A stretch of 64,000 nucleotides of DNA from Candidatus Heimdallarchaeum endolithica (GTDB taxonomy: Archaea; Asgardarchaeota; Heimdallarchaeia; Heimdallarchaeales; Heimdallarchaeaceae): assembly GCA_021513715.1 (NCBI GenBank), contig CP084167.1:3136001-3200000 (forward strand). Direction: 5' to 3'. Shown here one piece after another: positions 50,654 through 61,302 of this stretch. The notes below the pieces were generated by a model that saw only the letters and a program-made list of their open reading frames with translations, did no database searches and was not told where the DNA came from. The number at the start of each line of letters is the position of its first letter. Positions within the stretch are counted from its first letter, which is position 1. A program made the translations under genes and the position numbers.

Positions 50654-53500
50654 TTGATAAAAAGGCGTATTTTTGTTATTGCTCTGATTTTTGTTGTCAT
50701 ATTTACTTCTTTCCTAAGTTTTCAAACTGTAAGTGTGAATGCAGAAAGTTATCAGTTGAGTAATGGTGATACATTCATCTATAATTATGAGAGAAATGAA
50801 AACACTTATACACATAACTTATTTATGCCAGATGAAAATAAGGAAAGTTATGCCTTCAACTCTATATATTTTAGTAAAGATGAACATAAACATCTTAGAG
50901 CTTTTAATGTTACAAACACAAATATAAGCTCAACTTATATAGAAGTTTTGGATGTTCAAACTGGTCATCACTATTATTCTAGATATTGGAATAACACATA
51001 TTATAAATGGAATTCAAATGGGTGGTATGAAGACAACCTGGATGAATCTTATGATATCATCTATACTACTTCGGATTCAGGAAATGCTAATTATATGTAT
51101 TTTAATAATTACACAAATCTAGTTTTCGATCCAACATTTAATTTTGGAATATCAACGTTCATTTCACAAGAAACAAGAACATATATTGTAAACGGTGAGA
51201 TATTCACTTTACTAGTAGATGTTTATTATTCAAAATTAAATGAGTGTGAAGATACTTGGAATTTTACAATTTATGGTGTTGAGACAACAGTGCACATCTA
51301 TAATTACGATGAATATTATTACTATGTTGACAACAACACAGGAATTTTACTAGAATTTAAGAAAAATTATCATTGTGAAGAGTTTTATAGTTTCTATGAA
51401 TACTTATCTGATTACAATACGTATGTTAATTTTACCCATTCTGAAAATAGAGGTTTTTCTGAGTTACACACATTAACTAGAGCTAGTAGATTCTATTCTA
51501 CGAGTGATAATTCTTTTGTCCCATATTTTATTTTCAAGGATTACAATTGGGATAAACCTATAACAAATAGCACAACAGGAATTACTTTTCCATTACAGTT
51601 TTCTAAAGATGTTGTTAAAATGGAATTTTATGTGCGTAACTCTCAATATGTAGATTGGTTATGGAATTTAGTAGATAGTCAAACAATTACTGGCACAGAG
51701 TTGAATTATACTGCTCCAATAGAAGACTTTGAATATCTATTTAAAAAAATGAATAAAGAGTTTAAAATAATAGTTTACGATGCAAAAGGTAACTTTTTTG
51801 TCAAATGCTACTCATTAGAGGATCGCAGGTATCCTATCCCCGAGTGGCAGAGTCAAATAGAAACAAGCGCAAAATATAAGATGGTAGAAGACAAGGAGCT
51901 GGTCTTAAAACCTCTTTATATTTATTCTGACACTACTTGGAAAGTAGAAACAAGGTTCTATTATAATCAGTCAGATTTGACACAATTTTGGTCAAACACT
52001 TATGAAAGCTATGGTAATAGAACAATAGACTTATGGATCGGAGGAACATTGACTGTTGGAGACTATACAGTTAACATAACTTTTACTGACGCAGTCAACA
52101 CTACTTATTCCGAAATTGTTCCTGTAACTATCTATCCCAGTGGAACGGATGTTGACCCACCAAGTTTAAATGTACCTTGGTACGAAGAAAAAGATATTGG
52201 AAAACCACATAAATGGGTTATCGGAGATTATGAAGAATTCTGGTTCGAAACTTGGGATGATAATCCAAATTATTACAAATTTTATATTGATGGAGTTCTA
52301 TATGATACAGAAAATTATTCAGAACAAATTCGCAAATACTACACGTTAAATGATCTTATTAATGAAGTTGGATTGCATAATCTTACTGTTATAACCTATG
52401 ATCAATCTGGAAATTATAGGAAAGAATCATTCTGGTTAAAAGCTTATCCTGAAGGAACAGATGTAAAAAGACCAGGTGTAGAAAGTACTGAAATCTCTTA
52501 CTATGAATTAGGAAGCGCAGAAAGATTTACTTTTAAGATTTTTGAGCAAAACCCGGATTATTATGAAATTAAACTAAATGGTGAAATTATTTCTTCAGGA
52601 AATTATAACCGGGATAATTTTGAGATTTTCTTTACTGGAAAAGAATTGTTTAACGAAACAGGAATAAATATTCTAACACTCTTTGCTAATGATACCTCAG
52701 GAAAAGTTGGAGATGGTGATTGGCAAACTAATGTGGTTCCTAGTCAACCAGAATTAGATCCTCCTACATTTGAGAATATATATGATGTTGACTATTACAG
52801 AATTGGGGATGATTACGACTTTTCCTTCTACATTAACGATAAATATCCTGATACTTACAATCTTTATATTAATGGAAATCTAACGCTTTCCAATGTGCCT
52901 TATGAAGGTTATGGATGGTATCCAGAGAATGAACAACATTTGCAATTGCGAGATTATATTTTTGAAGAAGGAACCTATGAAATCTACATAGAAGCTTTCG
53001 ATCAATGGGGAAATAATAATAATATTACAATTTACGTTAATGCTTATAATGAAGCCTATCAAGATGATTATGATGCACCCCAGATAGATACTAACATGGA
53101 CTATTGGCATGCAATTGAATACGTAATAGGTACCAGTAAGACAGTGAAATTTACATTATATGATGCAAACCCTGACTATTATGAACTCTACATTGACGAC
53201 GAATTGATTAAAACCGATAGTTACACTGATGGTTCTACTATCTCATTTAACCTTAATACCTACATTACAGAAGAAGGTGTTCATTCAATAAAAATGGTTG
53301 CTTATGATGTTTTTGGAAATAGCAATGAATTAAAATTATCAATAAAAGCGGTTTATGAATCATCTAGTTCTGGAGACACTAACGAAACAACTAGTCAAGA
53401 TAAGCAAACTTTAGATTTACCATTTAGTATCTGGAGTATTTTTATCGCTTTGCCTGTAATAACTATTATAGCTAAGAAATTTAAAAAGTATAAAACATAA
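50654..53500 (+). CDS. Tyr-rich surface glycoprotein, paralog C
   Basis: Colinear with 25640..28510 over its full length; 948 aa. Confidence 0.88.
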   Translation: MIKRRIFVIALIFVVIFTSFLSFQTVSVNAESYQLSNGDTFIYNYERNENTYTHNLFMPDENKESYAFNSIYFSKDEHKHLRAFNVTNTNISSTYIEVLDVQTGHHYYSRYWNNTYYKWNSNGWYEDNLDESYDIIYTTSDSGNANYMYFNNYTNLVFDPTFNFGISTFISQETRTYIVNGEIFTLLVDVYYSKLNECEDTWNFTIYGVETTVHIYNYDEYYYYVDNNTGILLEFKKNYHCEEFYSFYEYLSDYNTYVNFTHSENRGFSELHTLTRASRFYSTSDNSFVPYFIFKDYNWDKPITNSTTGITFPLQFSKDVVKMEFYVRNSQYVDWLWNLVDSQTITGTELNYTAPIEDFEYLFKKMNKEFKIIVYDAKGNFFVKCYSLEDRRYPIPEWQSQIETSAKYKMVEDKELVLKPLYIYSDTTWKVETRFYYNQSDLTQFWSNTYESYGNRTIDLWIGGTLTVGDYTVNITFTDAVNTTYSEIVPVTIYPSGTDVDPPSLNVPWYEEKDIGKPHKWVIGDYEEFWFETWDDNPNYYKFYIDGVLYDTENYSEQIRKYYTLNDLINEVGLHNLTVITYDQSGNYRKESFWLKAYPEGTDVKRPGVESTEISYYELGSAERFTFKIFEQNPDYYEIKLNGEIISSGNYNRDNFEIFFTGKELFNETGINILTLFANDTSGKVGDGDWQTNVVPSQPELDPPTFENIYDVDYYRIGDDYDFSFYINDKYPDTYNLYINGNLTLSNVPYEGYGWYPENEQHLQLRDYIFEEGTYEIYIEAFDQWGNNNNITIYVNAYNEAYQDDYDAPQIDTNMDYWHAIEYVIGTSKTVKFTLYDANPDYYELYIDDELIKTDSYTDGSTISFNLNTYITEEGVHSIKMVAYDVFGNSNELKLSIKAVYESSSSGDTNETTSQDKQTLDLPFSIWSIFIALPVITIIAKKFKKYKT

Positions 53501-53908
53501 ATTTACTTACTTTCTTCTTTTTTTATTAATGACTAATTTTAGAATAACAACAGAAAATAAGATGGATAGATTCAAAAATTAATATAAAATGTGAATGGAG
53601 ATATTCTTGTACATCAGGTAAGCATTTCTAAATGATTCGTGCATTTAGATATTCTAAAAAGGAAAAAATAAAAGCGCTGAAACAGGAGAAAAAGTGAGTA
53701 AAAAGTATAGATCTTGCAAAAAGCATTTCATTCTAGTGAAAATTGAAATTTAGCAAAAGAAGAAAATTTGTTAGTAATCTTATAGGAAAGATATAAAAGC
53801 ATCTCAGTTTAGTTGGAATTAAGATTCTATATGTAATTAGTGATTTTTCTATACTTTTTTAAACCGATTAATTTCCATTGATTTAAAAAAGTAAAACTTG
53901 TGATTTAA

Positions 53909-55951
53909 TTGAATATATTCCCAAAATATCATCGCTTATTTTCTTCTGATGATGCTATACTTTTACCAGGTTTTTCTGAAATTTGTTCTATTTATGATTT
54001 TTATGAGACTTTAATAGATAATTGGGACAAGATAATCAGAAAACCTTTAACTTCCCCTCATTTATCTACAATTTCTTACATTCTAATGAGTTACTCTGAC
54101 TATGAACGATTAAAAGAATTATTTGACTTATTTTCCTCTCTTGAGGTTGCTAGCAATTATATTAAACTTTTAGCCAATCAAGGTAAGAAAGAAGAAGTTG
54201 AAAAGATTTTAAGCACTTATAAGCCAATAAAAGAACCTATTGAATGTTGGTTCGACTTAATTGGTTGGGGGATTTACTATTTTAGTCAAACTCAACAGAA
54301 AAATAAACTTAACGAGTTTTTAGATGAGTTTGAGGAAGGTTTTCAAAAGATTTCAAAATTAATGGAAAAGACTGATCTTTCTCTTATTCATCTACAAGCT
54401 TTTAAATTATATATCGAGGGCAGCTCTTTGTATTACAGGCGAGAGTACTTTAAATCTGTTAAATTAGCAAAAAAAGCAGTTGATCTACTTATTGAAAACG
54501 ATATCGAAGACAATTTTCTTCTTGGTTCAATATACAACCTTTTGGCAATCAATTACAGTTTATCTGGTAGTGGGCCAGAGAAAGAGATGCTCTACAAAGT
54601 CAGAGATACATTTAATGAAGAAAGAATGGATAGAGGAGTAGCGATTGCAAAAGGGAATCTAGCCTATTTATTGATACGTGAAGGAAAATTCGAAGAAGCA
54701 ATGACCTTACTTCTTGAATTTGATGAAATAATGAGAAAATATAGTGAAATAAGGAATTTAATCTTGAATTACAGCGATATTTACTATTGTTTAAAATCTC
54801 TTGGTAAAATGGATGAAGCTGAAAGGAATCTTGAAATTGCCATGCAACTGATGGAAGAATACAATTCTCCGAATGAAGACATTTACATAGATGCCACAGA
54901 ATTTTATGCATTGAAAGGTGAAATAGAAAAAGCAGAATTCTTTCTAAACAAGTATTCTCAATTTTTAGATGTTGAAGAAAAAGCAGAAACAGTCAAAAAC
55001 GCTACTACACTAATTTACCAAGGCTTTATTGATTTTAAAAAGAAAAACTTCTATGATGCTGATCTGAAATTAAAGAAAGGGTTAAGTATTGCTAGAAAAC
55101 AAAATGTCATTCCTCTTGTTTTACAAGCTCTAATCTATTTGATAGAACTAAATATATCTAAATATAAAATAGAAGCAAGTTCTCTTGTGAAAGAAGAAAT
55201 AATAGAAGAAATAGAAATATTAAGCCAAGAAACAATTGCTATCCTAAAGTTTCACGATAATATATTTCAGATGATTAACTATCAACAGCTGCTTGCTACT
55301 GCCTATATCTTGTCAAATAAGGTTTCTCTAGCTATTTCATTACTTGAAGAAGCAGAAAAAATAAGTATAAAACACAATATGATGGGACAAATTAAGCAGA
55401 TCAAAGAATTAATGGGTTTAGCAAAATCGGTTGATAACTATGTAAATGGAGCTAAAGTGCAAATCCATCGAGAACTAGAGAAAGACTTGCAAACGTATTC
55501 ATCAAAAGCTATAAGAGAAATAACAATTCTTCGAGATCAAGAAGAAGAGCCTACTCTGCTTTCTCTTTTAGTTATTCAAGAAAGTGGACTACCTTGCTTT
55601 TCCTATAATTTTAAAGATGAAAGTTTTACCACTGATGAACTGTTACTCTCAGGATTGATAAATGCAATACAAAAATTTAGCTCTGAAATATCTTGGAAGA
55701 AAGGAAAGTTTAGACTTATGGCTCATTCTGATTATATTTTACTAATTGAACCCCATGAAAAATTCTCAATAGCCTTATTTGTGGATGGTTATGATACAAG
55801 TTTCAGAGAAAAAATGAGTGAATTTGCAGAATATGTGAAACCATTGGTAGATAAATTAGGTGACCAAAAATACCTTGATGGAGAAACTTGTATAGATCTC
55901 GATTTTAATCTAAAAGGAATAGTAGAAAAGATATTTATTCCTGAAAATTAA
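53909..55951 (+). CDS. TPR-like helical-repeat protein with C-terminal longin-like domain
   Basis: AKGNLAYLLIREGKFEEA-type TPR helices; VIQESGLPCFSYNF...DELLLSGLINAIQKFSSEI. Confidence 0.75.
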   Translation: MNIFPKYHRLFSSDDAILLPGFSEICSIYDFYETLIDNWDKIIRKPLTSPHLSTISYILMSYSDYERLKELFDLFSSLEVASNYIKLLANQGKKEEVEKILSTYKPIKEPIECWFDLIGWGIYYFSQTQQKNKLNEFLDEFEEGFQKISKLMEKTDLSLIHLQAFKLYIEGSSLYYRREYFKSVKLAKKAVDLLIENDIEDNFLLGSIYNLLAINYSLSGSGPEKEMLYKVRDTFNEERMDRGVAIAKGNLAYLLIREGKFEEAMTLLLEFDEIMRKYSEIRNLILNYSDIYYCLKSLGKMDEAERNLEIAMQLMEEYNSPNEDIYIDATEFYALKGEIEKAEFFLNKYSQFLDVEEKAETVKNATTLIYQGFIDFKKKNFYDADLKLKKGLSIARKQNVIPLVLQALIYLIELNISKYKIEASSLVKEEIIEEIEILSQETIAILKFHDNIFQMINYQQLLATAYILSNKVSLAISLLEEAEKISIKHNMMGQIKQIKELMGLAKSVDNYVNGAKVQIHRELEKDLQTYSSKAIREITILRDQEEEPTLLSLLVIQESGLPCFSYNFKDESFTTDELLLSGLINAIQKFSSEISWKKGKFRLMAHSDYILLIEPHEKFSIALFVDGYDTSFREKMSEFAEYVKPLVDKLGDQKYLDGETCIDLDFNLKGIVEKIFIPEN

Positions 55952-56019
55952 ACAAGATTAATCTTTCTTTTCTTTTTATTTAAAAAAACGAAAAAAAGAA
56001 AAAAGAATTCTTTCTCCAT

Positions 56020-57075
56020 TTATTTTGATAAAATCGATTCTCTAAAGAGTTTATTCAATAATCCTTTACTAGGTTTCTTATTTCCTTTTTCGATTTCTTT
56101 AATCGTTTTGATAAGCATTTCATTTGTAGGCATTTTTACACCCAGTTTACTGCCTATCTCGTACACTTTACCGTTTAGGTAATCAATTTCTGTTGATTTT
56201 CCATTTCTGATATCTTGTAGCATTGAGACTATAGCATTCTTGTGAGGTGCAACTATTCTCTTTAGAACGTTTTTTGCTATTCCAAAACTGATTATGTCGT
56301 AAACGTATAACACTTCAGCGAATAAAACTCCTTGAAATGGATTTAACTTTAGCCCTAAAGCTTTAGCTACATCTACCATCTCTTTCCAGTTCCATAAGGA
56401 CAAATAGATAGCTGCTTTTGTTCTTGCAATTTCTCCTAAAGGCATATCTCCTATTGCACAAATAGGATTGATTGTGCTGTTTATCATTAGTTTCATCCAA
56501 ACATCAGAAATGATATTATCAGAAACTTTTGTTGGAGCTACAAATTCTAGCACTTTAGGAATAAAATCTGGCACATCCTCGCTTTTAACTTCTTTTTCTT
56601 TTCCTATTCTTCCAATAACCAGGTCTCCTTCTGAAGTTTGCTCTGCTATTCCTGTATCTACTAACTTGACATTGAATCCTACAACACAAGCAATTACTTT
56701 TTTGAAGTGTGACTCTTTTGCTATTTCTTCTGCAATTAATCCATTTTGAAGAGAAACTATAGGAATTTCTTGGTCGTAAATTTGTTCAAGTTGTTTTATC
56801 ACTTCGATTGTAGAGTTAGCTTTTAAGGTAATTAATATTGCATCAGGTTTCCACTCTTTTTCATTTTGTAAATCATCGATTGTTACTCCCACTACTTTTC
56901 CTTCTAACTTTCCTTTAGAAGAATTATAAACCATCTTTTTCTTTGAGAAGAATTCTTTATGTCTTTCTCTACCTAAAACCCTAACATGAATGTTATTAGC
57001 AGCAAGAGGTGTAGCAACAGCTGTTCCTATTGCTCCAGGGCCAACTACTAGTAAATTTATATTTTCTTTATCCAT
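56020..57075 (-). CDS. panE: Ketopantoate reductase family protein
   Basis: VGPGAIG, SLQNGL, WMKLMINSTINP, SMLQDI, TEIDYLNG. Confidence 0.85.
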   Translation of the reverse strand: MDKENINLLVVGPGAIGTAVATPLAANNIHVRVLGRERHKEFFSKKKMVYNSSKGKLEGKVVGVTIDDLQNEKEWKPDAILITLKANSTIEVIKQLEQIYDQEIPIVSLQNGLIAEEIAKESHFKKVIACVVGFNVKLVDTGIAEQTSEGDLVIGRIGKEKEVKSEDVPDFIPKVLEFVAPTKVSDNIISDVWMKLMINSTINPICAIGDMPLGEIARTKAAIYLSLWNWKEMVDVAKALGLKLNPFQGVLFAEVLYVYDIISFGIAKNVLKRIVAPHKNAIVSMLQDIRNGKSTEIDYLNGKVYEIGSKLGVKMPTNEMLIKTIKEIEKGNKKPSKGLLNKLFRESILSK

Positions 57076-57674
57076 TTTTTACCCTCTTTGAAAGCTTTTT
57101 TATTAACTTGAGAAAGAAGAATGTTTTTCCCAAGAAGTTTCTTAACTATTTTTTCTCCAGTTTCTTCAGTAATCCCCAGCTCTTCGAAAGTCGTTAAAGC
57201 AGAAAATATTCCAACATTATAAGGGATAAAGTTACCTTTAAACTGCTTTTTGAAGTTTTCACTGTCAAAAATGTAAAGTTCTTCTGCTCTTTCTCTAATC
57301 TCTTTGTCTATTTCTTCTTCTTCAGGAAAGACTTCTAAACCAAAATAATTTGTATTTCTAATCTCAAAATAGTCAAGTAGAATTACCTTTGGTTTGTGCC
57401 CTTTAATTCCATACAGATATCTCAGTGTTTCCATTTTTTCTAGCCCTATGACAAGATCGACGTCTGAGCTAGCAAATAAAGGAGAACTTTCTTCATTTAG
57501 TCGGAGAAAAGATTGAACTGACCCTCCACGTTGAGAAAGACCGTGTATTTCATTGTAACACACTTTCTTTCCCGTATCAAGAGCTGATTCAGCAATCATT
57601 TTAGCCAAAGTAATAATCCCTTGACCACCTAAACCCAAAAAAGCAATATTTAGTGTTTCCTTGTTTTTCTTCAT
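57057..57674 (-). CDS. iorB: Indolepyruvate:ferredoxin oxidoreductase beta subunit
   Basis: GLGGQGII, EIHGLSQRGGSV, LEKMETLRY; adjacent to iorA. Confidence 0.88.
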   Translation of the reverse strand: MKKNKETLNIAFLGLGGQGIITLAKMIAESALDTGKKVCYNEIHGLSQRGGSVQSFLRLNEESSPLFASSDVDLVIGLEKMETLRYLYGIKGHKPKVILLDYFEIRNTNYFGLEVFPEEEEIDKEIRERAEELYIFDSENFKKQFKGNFIPYNVGIFSALTTFEELGITEETGEKIVKKLLGKNILLSQVNKKAFKEGKKWIKKI

Positions 57675-57682
57675 TTTCTCAC

Positions 57683-59572
57683 CTACTTAATCGCTTTAAC
57701 AGGGCATACCATAGCACAATAACCGCATCCTGTACAAGTATCTTGCTTGATGACTATTTTTCCATCTTCTTTGACTATAGATGGGCAAGCAAAGTCTATT
57801 AGACAATTACCGCATTGGGTACAAAGATCTTGATCAATAGACAAAGGTTTAACAGGAGTTTTCATATTTCTGAGTTTATTAACAACACATTCTCCCTTGA
57901 AAATAATGACTGATGGCCCTTGGTATTCTAAAGCTTCTTTAACTATTTTCACGTTTTCCTTAACGTTGATCGCTTGAACAGATTTAATCCATTTTACTCC
58001 TAAACCCTTAACTACTTCCTCAAGATTGATTGGGTTGAAATTTTTTCTTTTCCAAGTAGTTGAAGACGGAGAAGGTTGACCTCCAGTCATAGCTGTCAAA
58101 GAGTTATCTAAAATTGCTAAAGTAATATTGTGATTGTATTCTACAGCATCAAGAAGAGCAGGCATACCTGCGTGGAAGAAAGTTCCATCTCCAATAATAG
58201 CAATAACTTTCTTTCCATTGACTTTGGACATACCTAAAGCTGTTCCTAGTCCTCCACCCATACATAACCAATAATCTCCAACATCTACAGGCTGTACTTG
58301 ACCAAGAGCATAACAACCGATATCAGAAGGAATAATGAAATCTTCACCAGTAGCCTTCTTGATAGAATAGAAAGCTCCACGATGAGAGCAACCATCGCAT
58401 AGTCTAGGAAGTGTTCGAGGAATTAAAAGCTCTTCACTATCAAAAATCTTTGGAAGAGGAGAAGGATCAGGAATCTCATAGAAAACTGAATCATCATTTG
58501 GGTCAGCAACTATACGACTAAAAGCTTCCTTTAAGGCATCGGGTCTCAAAGAATTTTCATAAGGAATCTGCAACTTCTCTTTACCAAAAACAGTTACGTT
58601 CAACTTGTTTCTTCCTATAATAGCTAGTATTTCTGTTTCTAAATAAGGTTCAAGCTCTTCAACAAAGTAAATGTATTTGTATTTTTTAACAATTTCAGCA
58701 ATCTTCTCTTCGTTTAAAGGAAAGATAGCTCCAATTTTCAAAATATCTCCATTAAAGTTGTACAGTTCAGCCATATATTCAACAATAGGATAAATTGCTC
58801 CATGAGTAATTATTAACCTCTCGGATGAAGAAGAAGACTCTTTAAGAGAAATAAATTCTTCAAATAGAGGATCTTTAGCGAGTGCTTTCAAACTCTTATG
58901 TAAACCTTTGTGTAAAAGATATCTTGCAGGAATTTGATATTTTATCTCCCTAACAAATTCCCCATTCCAGCTAAGATTTTCCTCAATAGGCTTATGTTTA
59001 ACAATTCCTGTGCTTAAAGATGTAAAATTAGTCATTCGAAGCATACAAAGCATGTTGTACTTCTCAGACAATTCATAGATCTTAGGGATAACATCTCTAA
59101 TTTCCTGAGGAGTGGAAGGCTCAAAAACAGGAATGTGTGCAAATTTACCCCAAAACCTGGAATCTTGTTCATTTTGGCTAGACTGGCATCCAGGGTCGTC
59201 AACAGCAACAATAATCATTCCTCCTTGAACGCCAAAGTAAGCTAAGGCCATCATAGCATCAGAAGCAACATTAACTCCAACATGTTTCATAATAACAGCT
59301 GAACGAACTCCTGATAAAGCTGCAGCAGCAGAAATCTCAAAAGCAACTTTCTCATTAACAGAGTATTCAAAATATAATTGTCCTTTCTCATGCAGCTTAG
59401 CTAATCTAACTTGAATTTCAGTACTAGGAGTACCAGGATAAGCAGCAGTAAAACCAACACCAGCTTCAAGTAACCCTTGAACAACAGCATGATTTCCCAT
59501 GAAAAGAGCTTCTTCGGTTTCAGCTATTCCATTATCAATTTTGTTTTTTCTTTTAACAGACATAATAATCAC
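57683..59572 (-). CDS. iorA: Indolepyruvate:ferredoxin oxidoreductase alpha subunit
   Basis: YPGTPSTEI, NEKVAFE, MKHVGVNVASD, DDPGCQSSQNEQD, DIGCY, GDGTFFHAG, TAMTGGQP, C-terminal ferredoxin. Confidence 0.95.
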   Translation of the reverse strand: MIIMSVKRKNKIDNGIAETEEALFMGNHAVVQGLLEAGVGFTAAYPGTPSTEIQVRLAKLHEKGQLYFEYSVNEKVAFEISAAAALSGVRSAVIMKHVGVNVASDAMMALAYFGVQGGMIIVAVDDPGCQSSQNEQDSRFWGKFAHIPVFEPSTPQEIRDVIPKIYELSEKYNMLCMLRMTNFTSLSTGIVKHKPIEENLSWNGEFVREIKYQIPARYLLHKGLHKSLKALAKDPLFEEFISLKESSSSSERLIITHGAIYPIVEYMAELYNFNGDILKIGAIFPLNEEKIAEIVKKYKYIYFVEELEPYLETEILAIIGRNKLNVTVFGKEKLQIPYENSLRPDALKEAFSRIVADPNDDSVFYEIPDPSPLPKIFDSEELLIPRTLPRLCDGCSHRGAFYSIKKATGEDFIIPSDIGCYALGQVQPVDVGDYWLCMGGGLGTALGMSKVNGKKVIAIIGDGTFFHAGMPALLDAVEYNHNITLAILDNSLTAMTGGQPSPSSTTWKRKNFNPINLEEVVKGLGVKWIKSVQAINVKENVKIVKEALEYQGPSVIIFKGECVVNKLRNMKTPVKPLSIDQDLCTQCGNCLIDFACPSIVKEDGKIVIKQDTCTGCGYCAMVCPVKAIK

Positions 59573-59707
59573 GATATAGAAGTAATAGATGTATCTCTTG
59601 AAAGATGAAAGTAAAGTTATTTATAAATTTAATTTAGCTAAGATAAAATATGCTATTGTAAATTATTGAAATTTAGTTCAGTCTAATCCTCAAAAATAAA
59701 GGATATC

Positions 59708-60936
59708 ATTTCAATCCCACTATGGTCTGATTCTAACGTAATCTTTCATCTCACATTAAGAGACTAGAAGAGCAATTTCAATCCCACTATGGTCTGATTC
59801 TAACTTCTAATCCAAAAAGCATTGCTGTTACAAACATTATATTTCAATCCCACTATGGTCTGATTCTAACTGTCTTGAATTAACAATTCATCAGAAATTT
59901 TATAGAGATTTCAATCCCACTATGGTCTGATTCTAACGAGTATAATAAGTGAATATACACCTACAGGAGAATTATTTCAATCCCACTATGGTCTGATTCT
60001 AACCCTCTTTGTCATATCCTCGCAATATTTCTTTACATTTATTTCAATCCCACTATGGTCTGATTCTAACTAAAATAAAAATAATTTGCACTAATAAAAC
60101 TCAACAAATTTCAATCCCACTATGGTCTGATTCTAACTTTTAAAAGTTGATAATTGATAAGGATAATTATCCACATTTCAATCCCACTATGGTCTGATTC
60201 TAACCTTTACAAAGAAAACAAACGTCTTTGCTTCTATGAAATTTCAATCCCACTATGGTCTGATTCTAACGAATAACAGTCTTTTAACAAGCAATTCCTT
60301 TGCAGTATTTCAATCCCACTATGGTCTGATTCTAACTTGATTTAACTAATACGGAACGTAGCACAGGTATAAATATTTCAATCCCACTATGGTCTGATTC
60401 TAACAGGTAAGAAAAATGTCAGAAATAATAAAACTATATCAATTTCAATCCCACTATGGTCTGATTCTAACAGGTAAGAAAAATGTCAGAAATAATAAAA
60501 CTATATCAATTTCAATCCCACTATGGTCTGATTCTAACACTTTTGCCTTTAGTACTTGTTATCTCAATCTTATTTCAATCCCACTATGGTCTGATTCTAA
60601 CTTGCAGAGTTCTAAGTCTTTTCCTGAAAGTTTTGTTTATTTCAATCCCACTATGGTCTGATTCTAACCAATATGTTTCAATAGATAGTTGGGATGGAAT
60701 AAAAAATTTCAATCCCACTATGGTCTGATTCTAACTTTTATGCTTTTTTCTGTAAGTTTAGTAAGAAAAATATTTCAATCCCACTATGGTCTGATTCTAA
60801 CTAACTTAACCATGATTGCTGAAGAAGGCGACCCATTGATTTCAATCCCACTATGGTCTGATTCTAACTTAAAGACATTAGATGTGCTCAACATGATGGT
60901 TTATGTATTTCAATCCCACTATGGTCTGATTCTAAC
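59708..60936 (-). CRISPR. CRISPR array: 19 identical 30-bp repeats (GTTAGAATCAGACCATAGTGGGATTGAAAT on the minus strand) and 18 spacers of 33-38 bp
   Basis: Repeat starts counted from 59708 to 60907; orientation from the ATTGAAAT 3' end and the cas-proximal leader. Confidence 0.98.
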
Positions 60937-61035
60937 TCTTGTTGTTGTCTGTTTTTTTGATAATATTAAGGCTTTTCTTTTTATTCGCATTCGTATTCCT
61001 CCCATTTGGTATTTAGTTTATAAACATCCACATTC
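60937..61035 (-). promoter_or_regulatory. Putative CRISPR leader
   Basis: AT-rich ~100 bp between the cas2 stop and the first repeat, containing a TTTATAAA box. Confidence 0.6.
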
Positions 61036-61299
61036 TTATAATATGTTTGATTTATTCCCTTTTTGAATTCCTATTTCTTTTCTTTCTAAATATTTTTCAT
61101 CTCTTAACGTATATACCAATACGCTATCTTCAGTTTTTTTTATCATTTTTTCAAGATTTTTTATTATTGAACGCATTTCTGCCTTTGTTATTTCTCCTTC
61201 AAAAACACTATTTTGTATCCATTCTAGATATGTCTTCAGAAACTTTCTTACTTTATCTATTCTTTCTACCTTTATATCATATACAATTATAACATACAT
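61036..61299 (-). CDS. cas2: CRISPR-associated Cas2
   Basis: MYVIIVYDI, WIQNSVFEGEIT, DSVLVY. Confidence 0.95.
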   Translation of the reverse strand: MYVIIVYDIKVERIDKVRKFLKTYLEWIQNSVFEGEITKAEMRSIIKNLEKMIKKTEDSVLVYTLRDEKYLERKEIGIQKGNKSNIL

Positions 61300-61302
61300 A
61301 CA

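Noticed and set aside
53627-53649. Short inverted repeats (TCTAAATG-7-CATTTAGA; similar ones near 6558 and 21478)
   Set aside because: 7-8-bp AT-rich arms are expected by chance, and they share no consensus.
60416-61066. ORFs within the CRISPR array
   Set aside because: Translations of repeats and spacers.
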